Shown: positions 49,842 to 63,454 of the stretch, in pieces
Layout: the number at the start of each line of letters is the position of its first letter
Numbering within the stretch: position 1 is the first letter of the stretch
From: Tubulanus polymorphus
Lineage: Eukaryota; Animalia; Nemertea
Assembly: GCF_964204645.1 (NCBI RefSeq)
Contig: NC_134030.1
Span: 124,001-188,000, forward strand
Length of the DNA stretch: 64,000 nt
Direction: 5' to 3'
Translations under genes and position numbers: made by a program
The notes under the pieces: generated by a model
The model's database searches: none
What the model saw: only the letters and a program-made list of their open reading frames with translations
What the model was told of the DNA's origin: nothing

Positions 49842-50987
49842 GCGGTGCGGGCGGTGGTGGTGTAAAGGCACAAGGGGTTGGTAAGACTGGTGTTAAGAGC
49901 CCAGCGGGTAGTAAGGCTCCTCTAGGCGGCGTTGATGCTGAGTTCGACTTGTTCAAAGCGATGTTGGGAGGAAAAGACAAAGAAACCGGTTTCTCCATAA
50001 AAGATATGGTCAACGGTATGATAAAAAGTATCTATACAAAAGAAATGATGCAACCAGTTTCAAAGTCGGTTATTGAAAAGGTAATTGATATCTACATCTC
50101 TCGGGGTGGTGAGGGGGGTGGTGAGGGGGGGGGGTGAGGGGTAATTGTGAGTCCAGTAGCCTAATAGTCAGCTAAAGTAAAAAATCGGATAAGTACAACT
50201 GAAAGACCAAGTTACATATGAGTTGCTGTTTAAGCTCACCTTATAGAAAACTCTGATTTAAGTATAACTTTGAAATAAGCTTCTCGGCAATTCAGTGCCC
50301 AGGTTTACAGCAATTCAGAGCCCAGCTTTAAAGCAATTCAGAGCCCAGGTTTATAGCAATTTAGGACCCTGATTTTACCAGCAATATCATGAGTAACTGC
50401 AGCCCCAGCGGATTTTGTATTTGTAGCTCCCAGCCTGGTTAGCGATGAACGGTGATAGTTTGAGTCCAGACGAAAAAACTAAATACAAACAAGCTTTAGT
50501 TTATTATAAAGAAATAGCAGAAATTTGCGACGAAAAAATCGACGAAAAAGACGTGAAAGGAAACGAGAAACAAGCGGTAGATTTAACTAAAGTTTGTCAG
50601 AAACTGCAGGGGCTTAATGTCAAACTACCGGACGATATTCAAATATCAGTGGTTAGTAGAATAGTCGCAAGGGGGCGTCGCTAGAATAGATCGTGGAGTC
50701 CAAATATCACTAAAGAATTTGGTAAAAGATTTATTTATAACAAATTTTCTACTGGAGTTTAACCCGTGGTGGGGCGAGGATCTCGTCGACTCTGGTGGGG
50801 CGAGGATCTCGTCGACCCTTTTATGATAGCTCATAGTTGTTATCTTTGATACTATTTTCAGCAAGAAAATGCCGATGTTGGTGCTATGACAGAAAATCTA
50901 CTGGCGGGTGTGTTCTCCGGAGTTGCTGGTGCAGCAGCCGGAGGGGCCGGTCAATCGGGAAAACAACAAGAATGTCGCCTTATGTAG
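47999..50987 (+). CDS. PEX19: Divergent PEX19-like peroxin (~380 aa); exons 47999-48179, 48985-49058, 49269-49455, 49731-50080, 50427-50651, 50862-50987
   Basis: MIKSIYTKEMMQPVSKSVIEK/LPAWLAMNGDSLSPDEKTKYKQ..YKEIAEICD..LQGL..LP matches the PEX19 C-terminal helical domain pattern (LLSKDVLYPSLKEITEKYPEWL..H..SL). The terminal exon ends in CaaX CRLM*. All five introns are GT-AG and phase-compatible; the first three exons are less certain. Confidence 0.8.
48410..48610 (-). mobile_element. tRNA-derived SINE-like repeat, copy 2 (intron 1 of the PEX19-like gene)
   Basis: Shares AACCACTAGACCATAGACCAGTAGTGATT, GACTCGAAC and AACCCTAACCCTAG with 8380-8570. Confidence 0.65.
48600..48815. repeat. 21-bp minisatellite (GGTGTGGCAACTGGTGACCAGTCA-type unit)
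   Basis: About 9 units adjoining the SINE-like element. The ORF repeat GVATGDQS (8 aa) implies a 24-bp period, so the unit length is 21-24 bp. Confidence 0.9.
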
Positions 50988-51813
50988 ACAAATCGAATGG
51001 TCGTAATTTACATATAAAATCATAATCGATATCAATTTGCATAAAATCGATATTTGTATGAATAAAGTGAAGTGTAATTTATGTAAGTTATTTATTCTGC
51101 TATATCCAGGAATGTATGTTAGAATTATTACACTATAGTTTACAGAACACAACGAGACGATGAATAAAGTGATAGTGATACAGACTATAGGAGTAATAAA
51201 GACACATTGACAGCAGATATCTGCAAACTCTAGGGGTAACACCTGAGCTTGGAGTAATCAGTCTGATAACTCCAAGCACACTCACAGTGTACTGCAGCTG
51301 GAATTTCAAAGGGGATAAATGACATTGTGGCTGCTGAAGGTTTTCAATCACCAACTGCAAATTTAAGCTTTAATCATCTATTTTTGTACATTAGCTCAAT
51401 ATATTTCAAAAAAATTATCAGCGTTGATAGAATATTGACATCCACTCTTGTAAGTGCAGCTGATATTCTATTTCGGGTGGATGTCAGAAGAGGGATGTAG
51501 GGTGGGGTGCCGCCGCTGTTGTGGATCACGGTTTGTTAGTACACAAGAATATGAATAAGTAATCGAATAGACGGATCGACTCTTCAGCGTGTGATTTAAC
51601 ATCTAATAAATTTATGTTAATTTATTTGGTAAACTGTACTGGAGGCATCGTGTTTGGTGTTTGGTTCTGTCGTAGCACATTTATGTAACTGATGTCTGCA
51701 ATAAATAAACTGAATGATCCCAGTCTAAATCCTTGACTTGACTTAATTGTATATAATTCATCTCAAATCTTTCTCACAGTTAGTGTTTGTTTGTCGCGCG
51801 CGCGCTACACCGG

Positions 51814-51917
51814 CATCCTCCCTCTGCAGGGACTCGAACCTGATGGCATCGCTACACTCAGCCACGGCATCGGCAATCTCGATGCCATCAGGTTCGAATC
51901 CCTGCCGGGGGAGGATG
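51814..51917. other. 38-bp inverted repeat (hairpin) with a Pol III B-box in each arm
   Basis: Arms 51814-51851 and 51880-51917, 35 of 38 Watson-Crick pairs, 28-nt loop. Confidence 0.85.
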
Positions 51918-53569
51918 TACACCGGCGGTGGGTCCAGCAACGAGACGCAGCACAGCGACGCCGGTGACATCTAGCGGTGTACAACAGTACTGCTGTAACA
52001 AGATCTATACTGTGCGGCACAGTACTGACTGCTGCGCGTGCGCGTGTGTGTAGGAAGGTGTACAGGAGAGATACCAGTACTGACTGTGTATATCAGTAGA
52101 CGCTTTAACACGGGGAATACACCAGAAACTACTGTTGAATATATCTCAGTCGGGCAATCAATTCATTGATTATCTTCATCTGTTTGTATCATACACAAGT
52201 AAGTCAGATTTCGTGGATTAAAACTTGGGTCAGGGAAGGGAGGTGCCTGATGATGGTAGTAGGCCTACTGTAGTACATGTATCCTATATTCCGACCCGTT
52301 GCCAACAGCTATGGAGCTATCCTGCTACTGTTGCTCCGTTATCGTGTGACGTTATTTATTAGAAAAAATATCCCGTTGGATTTCTAATGAATATTTTCTG
52401 ATGATACCATAGCAACATTGATGTACGAGCAGGAATTATCGAGTCACGAGTTACGGAGCAGTCCTCGGTATTCACATGACGTAATAGCGATCGCGATCCT
52501 CAGTGTTTGATTCGACCTCTAGGGGGCTCTGACATTCCCGTCGAATCCAACTTTAAAAACTGGCTGAATTTATCAAATAAGTCTGGATGTATATAAGTCC
52601 ATTCAATAGTATATGTACCGGTATAAATTGTAAATAGTATAATTTGTAAATAACGTTAGAGTTGAGGTGTTAGTTTGTAGCATTATGATAACGTGAACTT
52701 CGTTAAATAGAGCAATGAACTTCACGGGATCAGAAAATCAGTTCGTTACATCAGATAGTTCGTTACATCCAGTAAGAAGGCAGTAATTGGGATGAAATTC
52801 TAGGTTTGTAATCACCGATATGTCACTGTTAAACGAGGTGTTCAACTGTAGGTAGGTCTGTCTAACACTGTCTGGTGACAAGGCCGATAGTTTGTGATGA
52901 ATTCACAGTTTATTCACATTACAAGACGCCAGTCAATTGTAATATATTTCATATCGGGACTATTTATGCGAGTCAGTTAATAGACAACTTGTTTTATTGC
53001 CTGTCTTCAATATCGCATTGTACTATTCATGAATTATGATTCACCCATAGCACTGACCTAGTTCCAAGAAATATCTATTATAAGAAATATGTATTAGGTT
53101 TTCCCCTGTTGACCTCTTAGCTAAACAGGGTTAGTGACGTTTTATCGTCATCCCAGAATTATGTGAGTGCTTGAATCTGTTGTGTGAGAGACGTCGACTG
53201 TGACTTCAAGGGAGGAAGGGAGTTAAGGGAGGGAGTCAAGGGAGGGAGTCAAGGGAGGGAGTCAAGGGAGTTTTTTTCATTTAATCCAATTCATTAACAT
53301 CAAACTGAGATAAGATACAAAAAAGAACCCGTCACGCTGGAATAAGTCAAGTGAGTTCCTAGTCTGTAATAACCTGTCTGTAATAACCTGTCTGTAATAA
53401 CCTGTCTGTATATCGGATATTTTAAAGATAGTTTGCAGTTTGCTGGTCTCACCAAAGTGAACTCATGTCATGTGTTTATTTATTCTGTTTTGGTTCTTGG
53501 TTCCCAATGATCAGCACTGTTCCTGTAAGTATTTTCTGTTTTGCAGATTGATTGACAGTGATCTGTACA

Positions 53570-54354
53570 ATGGACCCTTCAGCCCCTCCACCCGCTTACA
53601 GTGAGGGTAATTATACACAGTCTCATCCTACACATCTCCGGCTAAACATCGTCGAATTCATGTTTGAATTATTATTTCAGCCATGAAACAGCCGCCAGGT
53701 CCGCCAGCTATGTATTCAACTCAAGCACCTTACGGGGCTCCACCAGGGGGTGCTGCATATCCCCCTCAACACGGGGGTCAGTACCCCCCACCTCCCCCTC
53801 CGACCCAATACGGTTCGCCTTATCCACAAACTCAGTACTCTTCTCCCTATCCTCAGACACAATATTCATCGCCCCAACAATACGGGCAACCTGTGATAAC
53901 GCCCCCTACTGGATACACGGCTAATGCTGGCAATACTGTCGTCGTCGTAGGAGCTGGATGTCAAACGTGTCAGGTACGTTTACACCGCCACCTAGTGGCT
54001 CATATGCTTACAGCGCCACCTAGTGGCTGATATACCTACAGCGCCACCTAATGGTTGGTACATCAACAGCACCTGGCCCATATGCTAACAGCACCACCTA
54101 GAGGCTGGTACATCAACAGCGCCACCTAGTGGCCGATATGCTTACAGCGCCACCTATTGGTCGGTACATTTACAGCGCCACCTTGTGTCACAGGTGACTA
54201 ACCGATTGATTGTTGTATTTTTTAGGCCGGCACGTATGTTGAAGAGTTCACGGCCTGCGGAATAATCCTCGCAATTCTATTTTTCCCTTGGGGAATTTTA
54301 TGTTGTTTGTTAATGAGAGAACGACGATGTCCGAGATGTAATCGATTGATGTAG
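53570..54354 (+). CDS. BRI3: Brain protein I3 (BRI3) family membrane protein, 152 aa; exons 53570-53606, 53681-53973, 54226-54354
   Basis: PPAY motif and Pro/Tyr/Gln-rich N-terminus, then VVVVGAGCQTCQ/AGTYVEEFTACGIILAILFFPWGILCCLLMRERRCPRC, the characteristic BRI3 signature. Confidence 0.92.
53981..54188. repeat. ~28-bp tandem array of CTCF-like motifs (ACAGCGCCACCTAGTGG) in BRI3 intron
   Basis: About 8 degenerate units with a conserved core. Confidence 0.8.
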
Positions 54355-54589
54355 ATACGCGTCACCAGATGGCGAATGAGTAGCTGAATGAAATTATGCT
54401 AATACATATTAACTGTTATATATATATATATATAATACCGATTAATCGTGACGTCACTGTCCATTCCGGACAGCTGTGATTACGTTACCAAGGTGATATA
54501 TGTTACCATGGATACAGTGTCTGATAGTGTAAATAGACTATAATGAAAGCGTTAATTATCAAACATTAAACTGCTGTATTCTGACAGCC

Positions 54590-54950
54590 GAATCCCTCCT
54601 ATGAGAGGAGGGCTCCTGACAATACCTCATGTGAGAGGAAAGCTCCTGTCGACCCCTCCTTTGAGAGGAAGGCTCCTGTCGATCCCTCCTGTGAGAGGAA
54701 GGCTCCTGTTGACCCCTCCTGTGAGAGGAAGGCTCCTGTCGATCCCTCCTGTGAGAGGAAGACTCCTCTCGATACCTCCAGTGAGAGGGAGGCTCCTGTC
54801 GACCCCATCCTGTGAGAGGAAGGCTCCTGTCGATCCCTCCTGTGAGAGGAAGGCTCCTGTCGACCCCCTCCTGTGAGAGGAAGGCTCCTGTCGACCCCAT
54901 CCTGTGAGAGGAAGGCTCCTGTTGATCCCCTGTTAGAAGAGGGCTCCTGC
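54590..54950. repeat. 30/31-bp minisatellite (GATCCCTCCTGTGAGAGGAAGGCTCCTGTC)n
   Basis: About 12 units downstream of the BRI3 stop. Confidence 0.93.
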
Positions 54951-55692
54951 TGAAGGTCACACTGATTCCTGCTAATTGCATTTAGCAGGTATTGTGTATT
55001 GTGTGTTTTGTCTTCAATTTTTGATATAAGATTCTTATTTTTAAGTTTGTTCCAATCATCTATGATGTAAATTTATACGATCAATTATTCTTCCCAATCA
55101 TCTTTATTTTATTATTATATTCAAAGTCACAAAATTATATTGATTTATATATCCACTTAATTAGAATGCTGTATTTCTGTATGTGTGGGATCTGTTCTGT
55201 TAGTTTCCCTCCCCACTTCTTTCATCCCCTCTTTCTCTCAATCTCTCTAATTGTAAATAAATAAATCACACATATTGTCTATAATAAGAAATATCTTCTG
55301 TTCGATTACTGCACTATTGGTTATTACGGTACCCCCAGAAAGCTGCTATAAGACTGTGTCAGTAAATTCGCGTGTGTGTCGTCGTTATTCAGATAAACTG
55401 AAATTAATTTTACATGAATTAAATACCCGGTATCTGTTTTTGACGTCTGTATAATTATCAAGTTATTAAATAAATGTAAACTAATAAATCGATTGAAACG
55501 ATTTAAGTGTCGGTCTTCCTACAATCCTTCCTTCATCATCGATCTCTGCGGGGATTCTATTGAACCTGATGGCATCGCCGCACGAACTGTAGTATAGCTA
55601 ACTGGATGCCAGCGGGAGGGTTTTCCTAATTCATTTGGATTAGTAGCGGCAGTAAGAAAATAAAAAAAATCAGAAGAGAAAAACAATGTCTG

Positions 55693-55765
55693 TGGAGGAC
55701 CCGGGCATCGATCCCGGTACCTCTCGCATGCTAAGCGAGCGCTCTACCATCTGAGCTAGCCCCCC
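55693..55765 (-). tRNA. tRNA-Ala, anticodon AGC (identical to 7019-7091)
   Basis: Exact reverse complement of the first copy; T-run downstream on the minus strand. Confidence 0.97.
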
Positions 55766-57453
55766 GACTTATTCAGCAGTCATAAAAACTAATATATAAT
55801 GGCCAAGGCATTGTGATCGTTACACAAAACAATCTGATAAATTTGAAATGAGACTTTGAGCTGATTTTCACAACTATTATCAAATGATATAAATTATTTG
55901 TTGTGAAAAATGAATATTAACGGGATCATTTCACCGTTTGACGGTGAATGCGGCTGGATGCATTTCCGGTAGACTCGCTTCCCTGTGCAGGTTTTCAGAG
56001 CTTTTACGTGGATTGCGTAGAACGGACTAAGGTCGACACCGTTCATATATATTCCAGGGCCCTCACTTACCTTTCTAAGGTTTGAGGTCTAATTTTGGTG
56101 CTACTTTTTGGATGTTAATGCCTTGATCTGCGGTACCTGAAAAATAATTGTCGCGCTAAAATGGCATGCCGATTGCGATTCTAAAACATCTACTTTAGTT
56201 TTCGGGGATTTATTAAGATTTTCGCTTTTTATTGCTACTAAAACAACAGAATTGCTTTATGATGAAAGCTATCGGGAGATAAAGCTAGTCACTACTTTTG
56301 CATAAAATTAAAGGTTATCTGACTAAAACGTTTTGTCACAGTATTTTACTTACTTTCGATGGTTCTCTGCTCCTCGTTCCCGGGGGGGGGGGGGGGGGGA
56401 CAATGCGACCGAAAGATCAGGGCAACTGACGCCGAAGTCAATCTGATAGCGTCGAGGGATTTGAGAATTTCTTCAGTCTGGGTCCAATTCCAGGGAAACG
56501 AGTTTTTGCCGTTTTGCATCAACATCAGCCAATTAAAGGCGAACATCAGCTTATTGATGAAACGCGACCATTTTGTCGATTTGTATAAGGAAGTACAACC
56601 CAAACGTCTTAAGCTAAAATACTCATAGAACTGCAGACTCCGCGGTAAATCACTCGTGACACCTTCGTAAAGAGAAGGCAGTCGCTTTTATCGAGAAGTT
56701 CCAGGGACAGCAGAAAACAAACAAACAAACAAACAAACAAACAAGATGGCGACTGCTCGTGAATAGCAGTATAAAGTCCTTAATTCGGTTAACAAAGCTC
56801 CGAGATATCATTCAAACAAGAGTAAAGTTCATATATGTTTACAGAAATAAATGGTTTATTGTTTGTTGACGAACATACACAACTTTATCAAATATTCATT
56901 ATATAAAATCCTAAGAAGTTTACAAACTGATGCATACAAATACAGGGTAGTCGCTGCGAGCCGGATACCCAACCCAACTCCATAGGAGGGGGAGGTACGT
57001 TTGCCCAATGCTCAAGACCAGCTGAAAGGTGTTTTCTCACCTCCCCCGATTTGGAAAGTGAAGCAAAAAATCATCACTTTGCAAACAATCATATTCAGGG
57101 TATTGCCGTGACGAGCCGGCTACCTCAATATATGAGGTATCCTATACTCAGCATTGGCTAAAGGTGTCGTCACCTTCCCAGATATGATTTGGGTAGATTT
57201 GAATCTCTCACTGAGTGACCACGAAATTAATATTGTACAGGCTAAATGAGTTGATAATATCTTTGTATTAAATACCCATATGAATAATGGCATCATTTTA
57301 TTCCCTATACTATCACAATAGCTGCAGTAGATCATACATTCCATAGATCATAAACCCCTTGTTTGACAGAAGATAATAAAGAAATTGTTTCAGAAATAGA
57401 GAGTGTGGTATTAGTGGAGGTGGTTAATGGAAAAAGACCATGTCCCCGGAGTA

Positions 57454-57553
57454 GTGCGGTGCGGTGCGGTGCGGTGCGGTGCGGTGCGGTGCGGTGCGGT
57501 GCGGTGCGGTGCGGTGCGGTGCGGTGCGGTGCGGTGCTGTGCTGTGCTGTGCG
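57454..57553. repeat. (GCGGT)n pentanucleotide microsatellite
   Basis: Direct reading. Confidence 0.97.
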
Positions 57554-57957
57554 GGAAGAAAGATTCCGTCAAACAAAGAGTTTCTAATCCACGATAAAAT
57601 TAATTATTAAAAATTAATGAATTAACCCAGAAATAATATCCCTCAACCATGGTAACCATGGTAGCGAGCTTAAACCTTAATTAAATACAATGTCTGCATC
57701 GCTGATATTGATTGGTCGATTGTAAGAGATTCAATTTCCACAAAATACAAAATACAAATATTGATTACATACAATCGACTCCACATTAAGTGTTGAGCAG
57801 AATAAAAACTAACTGAGCAAAGAATAAAAGTCAGCTTGAAAACATAAAACAAATCTCCAGTTGAACATAATATGTTCAAATTGGAGATTTGTTTTCATGT
57901 TTTTCAAGATTTTATGCTCATTATTTGTGAGCAACTTATCAATAGCGAGCTTAAAGC

Positions 57958-58230
57958 CTACTGTATTACTGTATTACTGTATTACTGTATTACTGTATTA
58001 CTGTATTACTGTATTACTGTAATACTGTATTACTGTATTACTGTATTACTGTATTACTGTATTACTGTATTACTGTATTACTGTATTACTGTATTACTGT
58101 ATTACTGTATTACTGTATTACTGTATTACTGTATTACTGTATTACTGTATTACTGTATAACTGTATTACTGTATTACTGTAATATTGTATTACTGTATTA
58201 CTGTATTACTGTATAACTGTATTACTGTAT
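57958..58230. repeat. (CTGTATTA)n 8-bp tandem repeat
   Basis: Direct reading. Confidence 0.97.
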
Positions 58231-58734
58231 GCGTTTATACAAAATATTATTTGACAACTACTTAACGGAATTTCGCTACTAATGTATAGAATCTACATCA
58301 GGGGAATGAGTACCATTTAATGTTTTAGTCCAATGATCACATCCTGTAGTCCAGTGATCACATCCTGTAGTCCAGTGATCGTGAAAATCCGTTGATAGTG
58401 CGAGTGTAGTCCAATACGTGTGGTCCGATGATTGTGAAGTAGTCCGTTAGTCTTGTTTGTGATAGTCCGATATGTTGAATTCCGATGATTCTGATGTAGT
58501 CCGTTAGTCCTGTTGATGGTAGTCCAATGTGTTGAATTCCAATGATTGCGAAGTAGTCCGTTGGTCATGTGGGTAGTAATTTCACGAGTTAAAATCCCCG
58601 AGAGTATCAAACGGCTCCACCAGACTGAAAATAGAAAAGCAAGTGATGCATTGAGGGCTTTGAAAAATGTAGGATTTTAAAATTGGCAGAATCTAGAATG
58701 TAATCACACACCTAACTGAAGTAATCCTGGATCG

Positions 58735-61700
58735 TCCTTGTCAAACATCCCTCAGTAACAAACGACTTGAACATTCTGAAACTACTCGAGAAAATAGAAA
58801 TACGACCGAAGCCGAGGTTAAACAAGATATAATAAAGAGAAAATATTGAAAATTCGGAAAATATTCACTCAACAAACTGCAGCCATACTCAATCCTCCTT
58901 GTCAAACATCTCTCAGTAACAAACGACTTGAAAATTCTAAAAATACTTGAGAAAATAGAAATACGACCGAAGCCGATGTAAAACAAGATATAATATAAAA
59001 CAAGATATAATAAAAAGAAAATATTAAAGATCCGGAAAATATTCACTCAACAAACTGAAGTCATACTCAATCCTCCTGGTCAAACATCCCTCAGTAACAA
59101 ACGACTTGAACATTCTGAAACTACTTGAGACAATAGAAATACGACCGAAGCCGAGGTTAAACAAGATATAATAAAGAGAAAATATTGAAAATTCGGAAAA
59201 TATTCACTCAACAAACTGTAGCCATACTCAATCCTCCTTGGAAAACATCCCTCAGTAACAAACGACTTGAACATTCTGAAAATACTTGAGAAAATAGAAA
59301 TACGACCGAAGCCGAGGTAAAAAAAGATATAAAAAAGAGAAAATATTGAAAATTCTGAAAATATTCACTCAACAAACTGTAGCCATACTCAATCCTCCTT
59401 GTAAAACATCCCTCAGTAGCAAACGACTTGAACATTCTGATAATACTTGAGAAATAGATACACGACCGAAGCCGAGGTTAAACAAGATATAATAAAGAAA
59501 AGATATTGAAAATTCGGAAAATATTCACTCAAACTGAAGTCATACTCAATCCTCCTTGTAAAACATCCCTCAGTAACAAACGACTTGAACATTCTGAAAA
59601 TACTTGAGAAATAGATACACGACCGAAGCCGAGGTTAAACAAGATATTAAAACGAGAAAATATTGAAAATTCGGAAAATATTCACTCAAACTGAAGTCAT
59701 ACTCAATCCTCCTTGTCAAACATCCCTCAGTAACAAACGACTTGAACATTCTGAAAATACTTGAGAAATAGATACACGACCGAAGCCGAGGTTAAACAAG
59801 ATATAAAAAAGAGAAAATATTGAAAATTCTGAAAATATTCACTCAACAAACTGTAGCCATACTCAATCCTCCTTGTAAAACATCCCTCAGTAGCAAACGA
59901 CTTGAATATTCTGATAATACTTGAGAAATAGAAACACGACCGAAGCCGAGGTTAAACAAGATATAATAAAGAAAAGATATTGAATATTCGGAAAATATTC
60001 ACTCAAACTGAAGTCATACTCAATCCTCCTGGTCAAACATCCCTCAGTAACAAACAAGAACATCCTGAAAATACTTGAGAAAATAGAAACACGACCGAAG
60101 CCGAGGTTAAACAAGATATAATAAAGAGAAAATATTGAAAATTCGGAAAATATTCACTCAACAAACTGTAGCCATACTCAATCCTCCTTGTAAAACATCC
60201 CTCAGTAGCAAACGACTTGAACATTCTGAAGATACTTGAGAAAATAGAAATACGACCGAAGCCGATGTTAAACAAGATATAAAAAAGATAAAATATTGAA
60301 AATTCGGAAAATATTCACCCAACAAACTGAAGTCATACTCAATCCTCCTGGTCAAACATCCCTCAGTAACAAACAAGAACATTCTGAAAATACTTGAGAA
60401 AATAGAAACACGACCGAAGCTGAGGTTAAACAAGATATAAAAAAGATAAAATATTGAAAATTCGGAAAATATCCACCCAACAAACTGTAGTCATACTTAA
60501 TCCTCCTTGTCAAACATCCCTCAGTAACAAACGACTTGAACATTCTGAAGATACTTGAGAAAATAGAAATACGACCGAAGCCGATGTTAAACAAGATATA
60601 AAAAAGATAAAATATTGAAAATTCGGAAAATATTCACTCAACAAACTGTAGCCGTACACAATCCTCCTGGTCAAACATCCCTCAGTAACAAACAAGAACA
60701 TCCTGAAAATACTTGAGAAAATAGAAACACGACCGAAGCCGAGGTTAAACAAGATATAATAAAGATAAAATATCTGAAATTCGGAAAATATTCACTCAAC
60801 AAACTGTAGCCATACTCAATCCTCCTTGTGAAACATCCCTCAGTAGCAAACGACTTGAACATTCTGAAAATACTTGAGAAAATAGAAACACGACCGAAGC
60901 CGAGGTTAAACAAGATATAAAAAAGATAAAATATTGAAAATTCGGAAAATATTCACCCAACAAACTGTAGTCATACTTAATCCTCCTTGTCAAACATCCC
61001 TCAGTAACAAACGACTTGAACATTCTGAAGATACTTGAGAAAATAGAAATACGACCGAAGCCGATGTTAAACAAGATATAAAAAAGATAAAATATTGAAA
61101 ATTCGGAAAATATTCACCCAACAAACTGAAGTCATACTCAATCCTCCTGGTCAAACATCCCTCAGTAACAAACAAGAACATCCTGAAAATACTTGAGAAA
61201 ATAGAAACACGACCGAAGCCGAGGTTAAACAAGATATAATAAAGATAAAATATTGAAAATTCGGAAAATATTCACTCAACAAACTGTAGCCATACTCAAT
61301 CCTCTTGGTCAAACATCCCTCAGTAACAAACGACTTGAACATTCTGAAAATACTTGATAAAATAGAAACACGACCGAAGCCGAGATTAAACAAGATATAA
61401 TAAAGAGAAAATATTGATAATTCGAAAAATATTCACTCAACAAACTGTAGCCATACTCAATCCTCCTGGTCAAACATCCCTTAGTAACAAACGACTTGAA
61501 CATTCTGAAAATACTTGAGAAAATAGAAACACGACCGAAGCCGAGGTTAAACAAGATATAATAAAGAGAAAATATTGAAAATTCGGAAAATATTCACTCA
61601 ACAAACTGAAGTCATACTCAATCCTCCTTGTCAAACATCCCTCAGTAACAAACGACTTGAACATTCTGAAAATACTTGAGAAAATAGAAACACGACCGAA

Positions 61701-62715
61701 GCTGAGGTTAAACAAGTTATAAAAAGGAGAAAATATTGAAAATTCGGAAAATATTCACTCAACAAACTGTAGCCATACTCAATCCTTCTTGTAAAACATC
61801 CCTCTCAGTAGCAAACGACTTGAACATTCGGAAACAAAATAGAAATACGACCGAAGCCGAGGTTAAACAAGATATAAAAAGAGAAAATATTGAAAATTCG
61901 GAAAATATTCACTCAACAAACTGAAGTCATACTCAATCCTCCTTGTCAAACATCCCTCAGTAACAAACAAGAACATCCTGAAAATACTTGAGAAAATAGA
62001 AACACGACCGAAGCCGAGATTAAACAAGATATAATAAAGATAAAATATTGAAAATTCGGAAAATATTCACTCAACAAACTGTAGCCATACACAATCCTCC
62101 TGGTCAAACATCCCTCAGTAACAAACGACTTGAACATTCTGAAAATACTTGAGAAAATAGAAACACGACCGAAGCCGAGATTAAACAAGATATAATAAAG
62201 AGAAAATATTGATAATTCGAAAAATATTCACTCAACAAACTGTAGCCATACTCAATCCTCCTGGTCAAACATCCCTCAGTAACAAACGACTTGAACATTC
62301 TGAAAATACTTGAGAAAATAGAAACACGACCGAAGCCGAGGTTAAACAAGATATAATAAAGAGAAAATATTGAAAATTCGGAAAATATTCACCCAACAAA
62401 CTGTAGTCATACTCAATCCTCCTTGTCAAACATCCCTCAGTAACAAACGACTTGAACATTCTGAAAATACTTGAGAAAATAGAAACACGACCGAAGCCGA
62501 GGTTAAACAAGATATAATAAAGATAAAATATTGAAAATTCGGAAAATATTCACTCAACAAACTGAAGTCATACTCAATCCTCCTGGTCAAACATCCCTCA
62601 GTAACAAACGACTTGAACATTCTGAAAATACTTGTGAAAATAGAAATACGACCGAAGCCGAGGTTAAACAAGATATAATAAAGTGAAAATATTGAAAATT
62701 CGGAAAATATTCACG
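58735..62715. repeat. ~158-161-bp AT-rich satellite array (~25 monomers)
   Basis: Recurring GTCAAACATCCCTCAGTAACAAACGACTTGAACATTCTGAAAATACTTGAG...; pseudo-ORF starts spaced 158 or 161 bp. Confidence 0.97.
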
Positions 62716-63454
62716 CAAAAAAATGCGGCCATCTTAAAGGGTCACATGTGATACGATTTTACATCACTGTTCCTGCTCTCAAATATCCATGAAATGGTGA
62801 TTGATTGCTAAACTCAATATAAAATTGCCTGGCAATGTAATTGATCCTTCAATTCGTAAATGATGAACATTAATTATTACACGTCACTGATTAAAAACCT
62901 TGGTTTGGCAGTTTGTAGTTAGTGCTGTTTCTGTAACATATAGATATATAATTAGCGAGGCGGAGAAGAATGTGCTTTAGCAGAGTCTAGTTAATAAAGA
63001 AGGAAGATTAGTGAAGAACCTTAAACCATACTGGTCAAACGGGAGGTTTTTTATCTGTAACACGTATTTGGTAATTGGCTTATGGAAAATGATGGTTCTG
63101 TCCATCGTAAGTGATGTAGTTAAGTAACCGATCAACATTTCCTGATCATGGAGCGTGAGGCCAAAATGAGAGTATGAAAATTTGTCAAGGTGTCATCAAC
63201 TTAATGGCTATGGATTATGTACGTGAGAAGTTTGCGTCTCATCTTAGCTAAAAAGTAATTATTCTTCTATGGTCCTTAACTAATAAAATATGCAAACAAT
63301 CAGGCCTGTTTTGATCTACGATAGAGGCCTAGAGTCAAATTTAGACAGGCAAAGTAGGATATAATAGAGATACGACCTTGAAAATCGCTTTCACGTGTGG
63401 TTCCTAGGTTTTTTCGATATTTGTGCCACTTTTGGTTGAAAACCTCGACCCTCC

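Noticed and set aside
58317-58625. Minus-strand ORF with 20-aa repeats behind a good acceptor
   Set aside because: Explained by a degenerate ~60-bp tandem repeat; no partner exons or recognisable domain.
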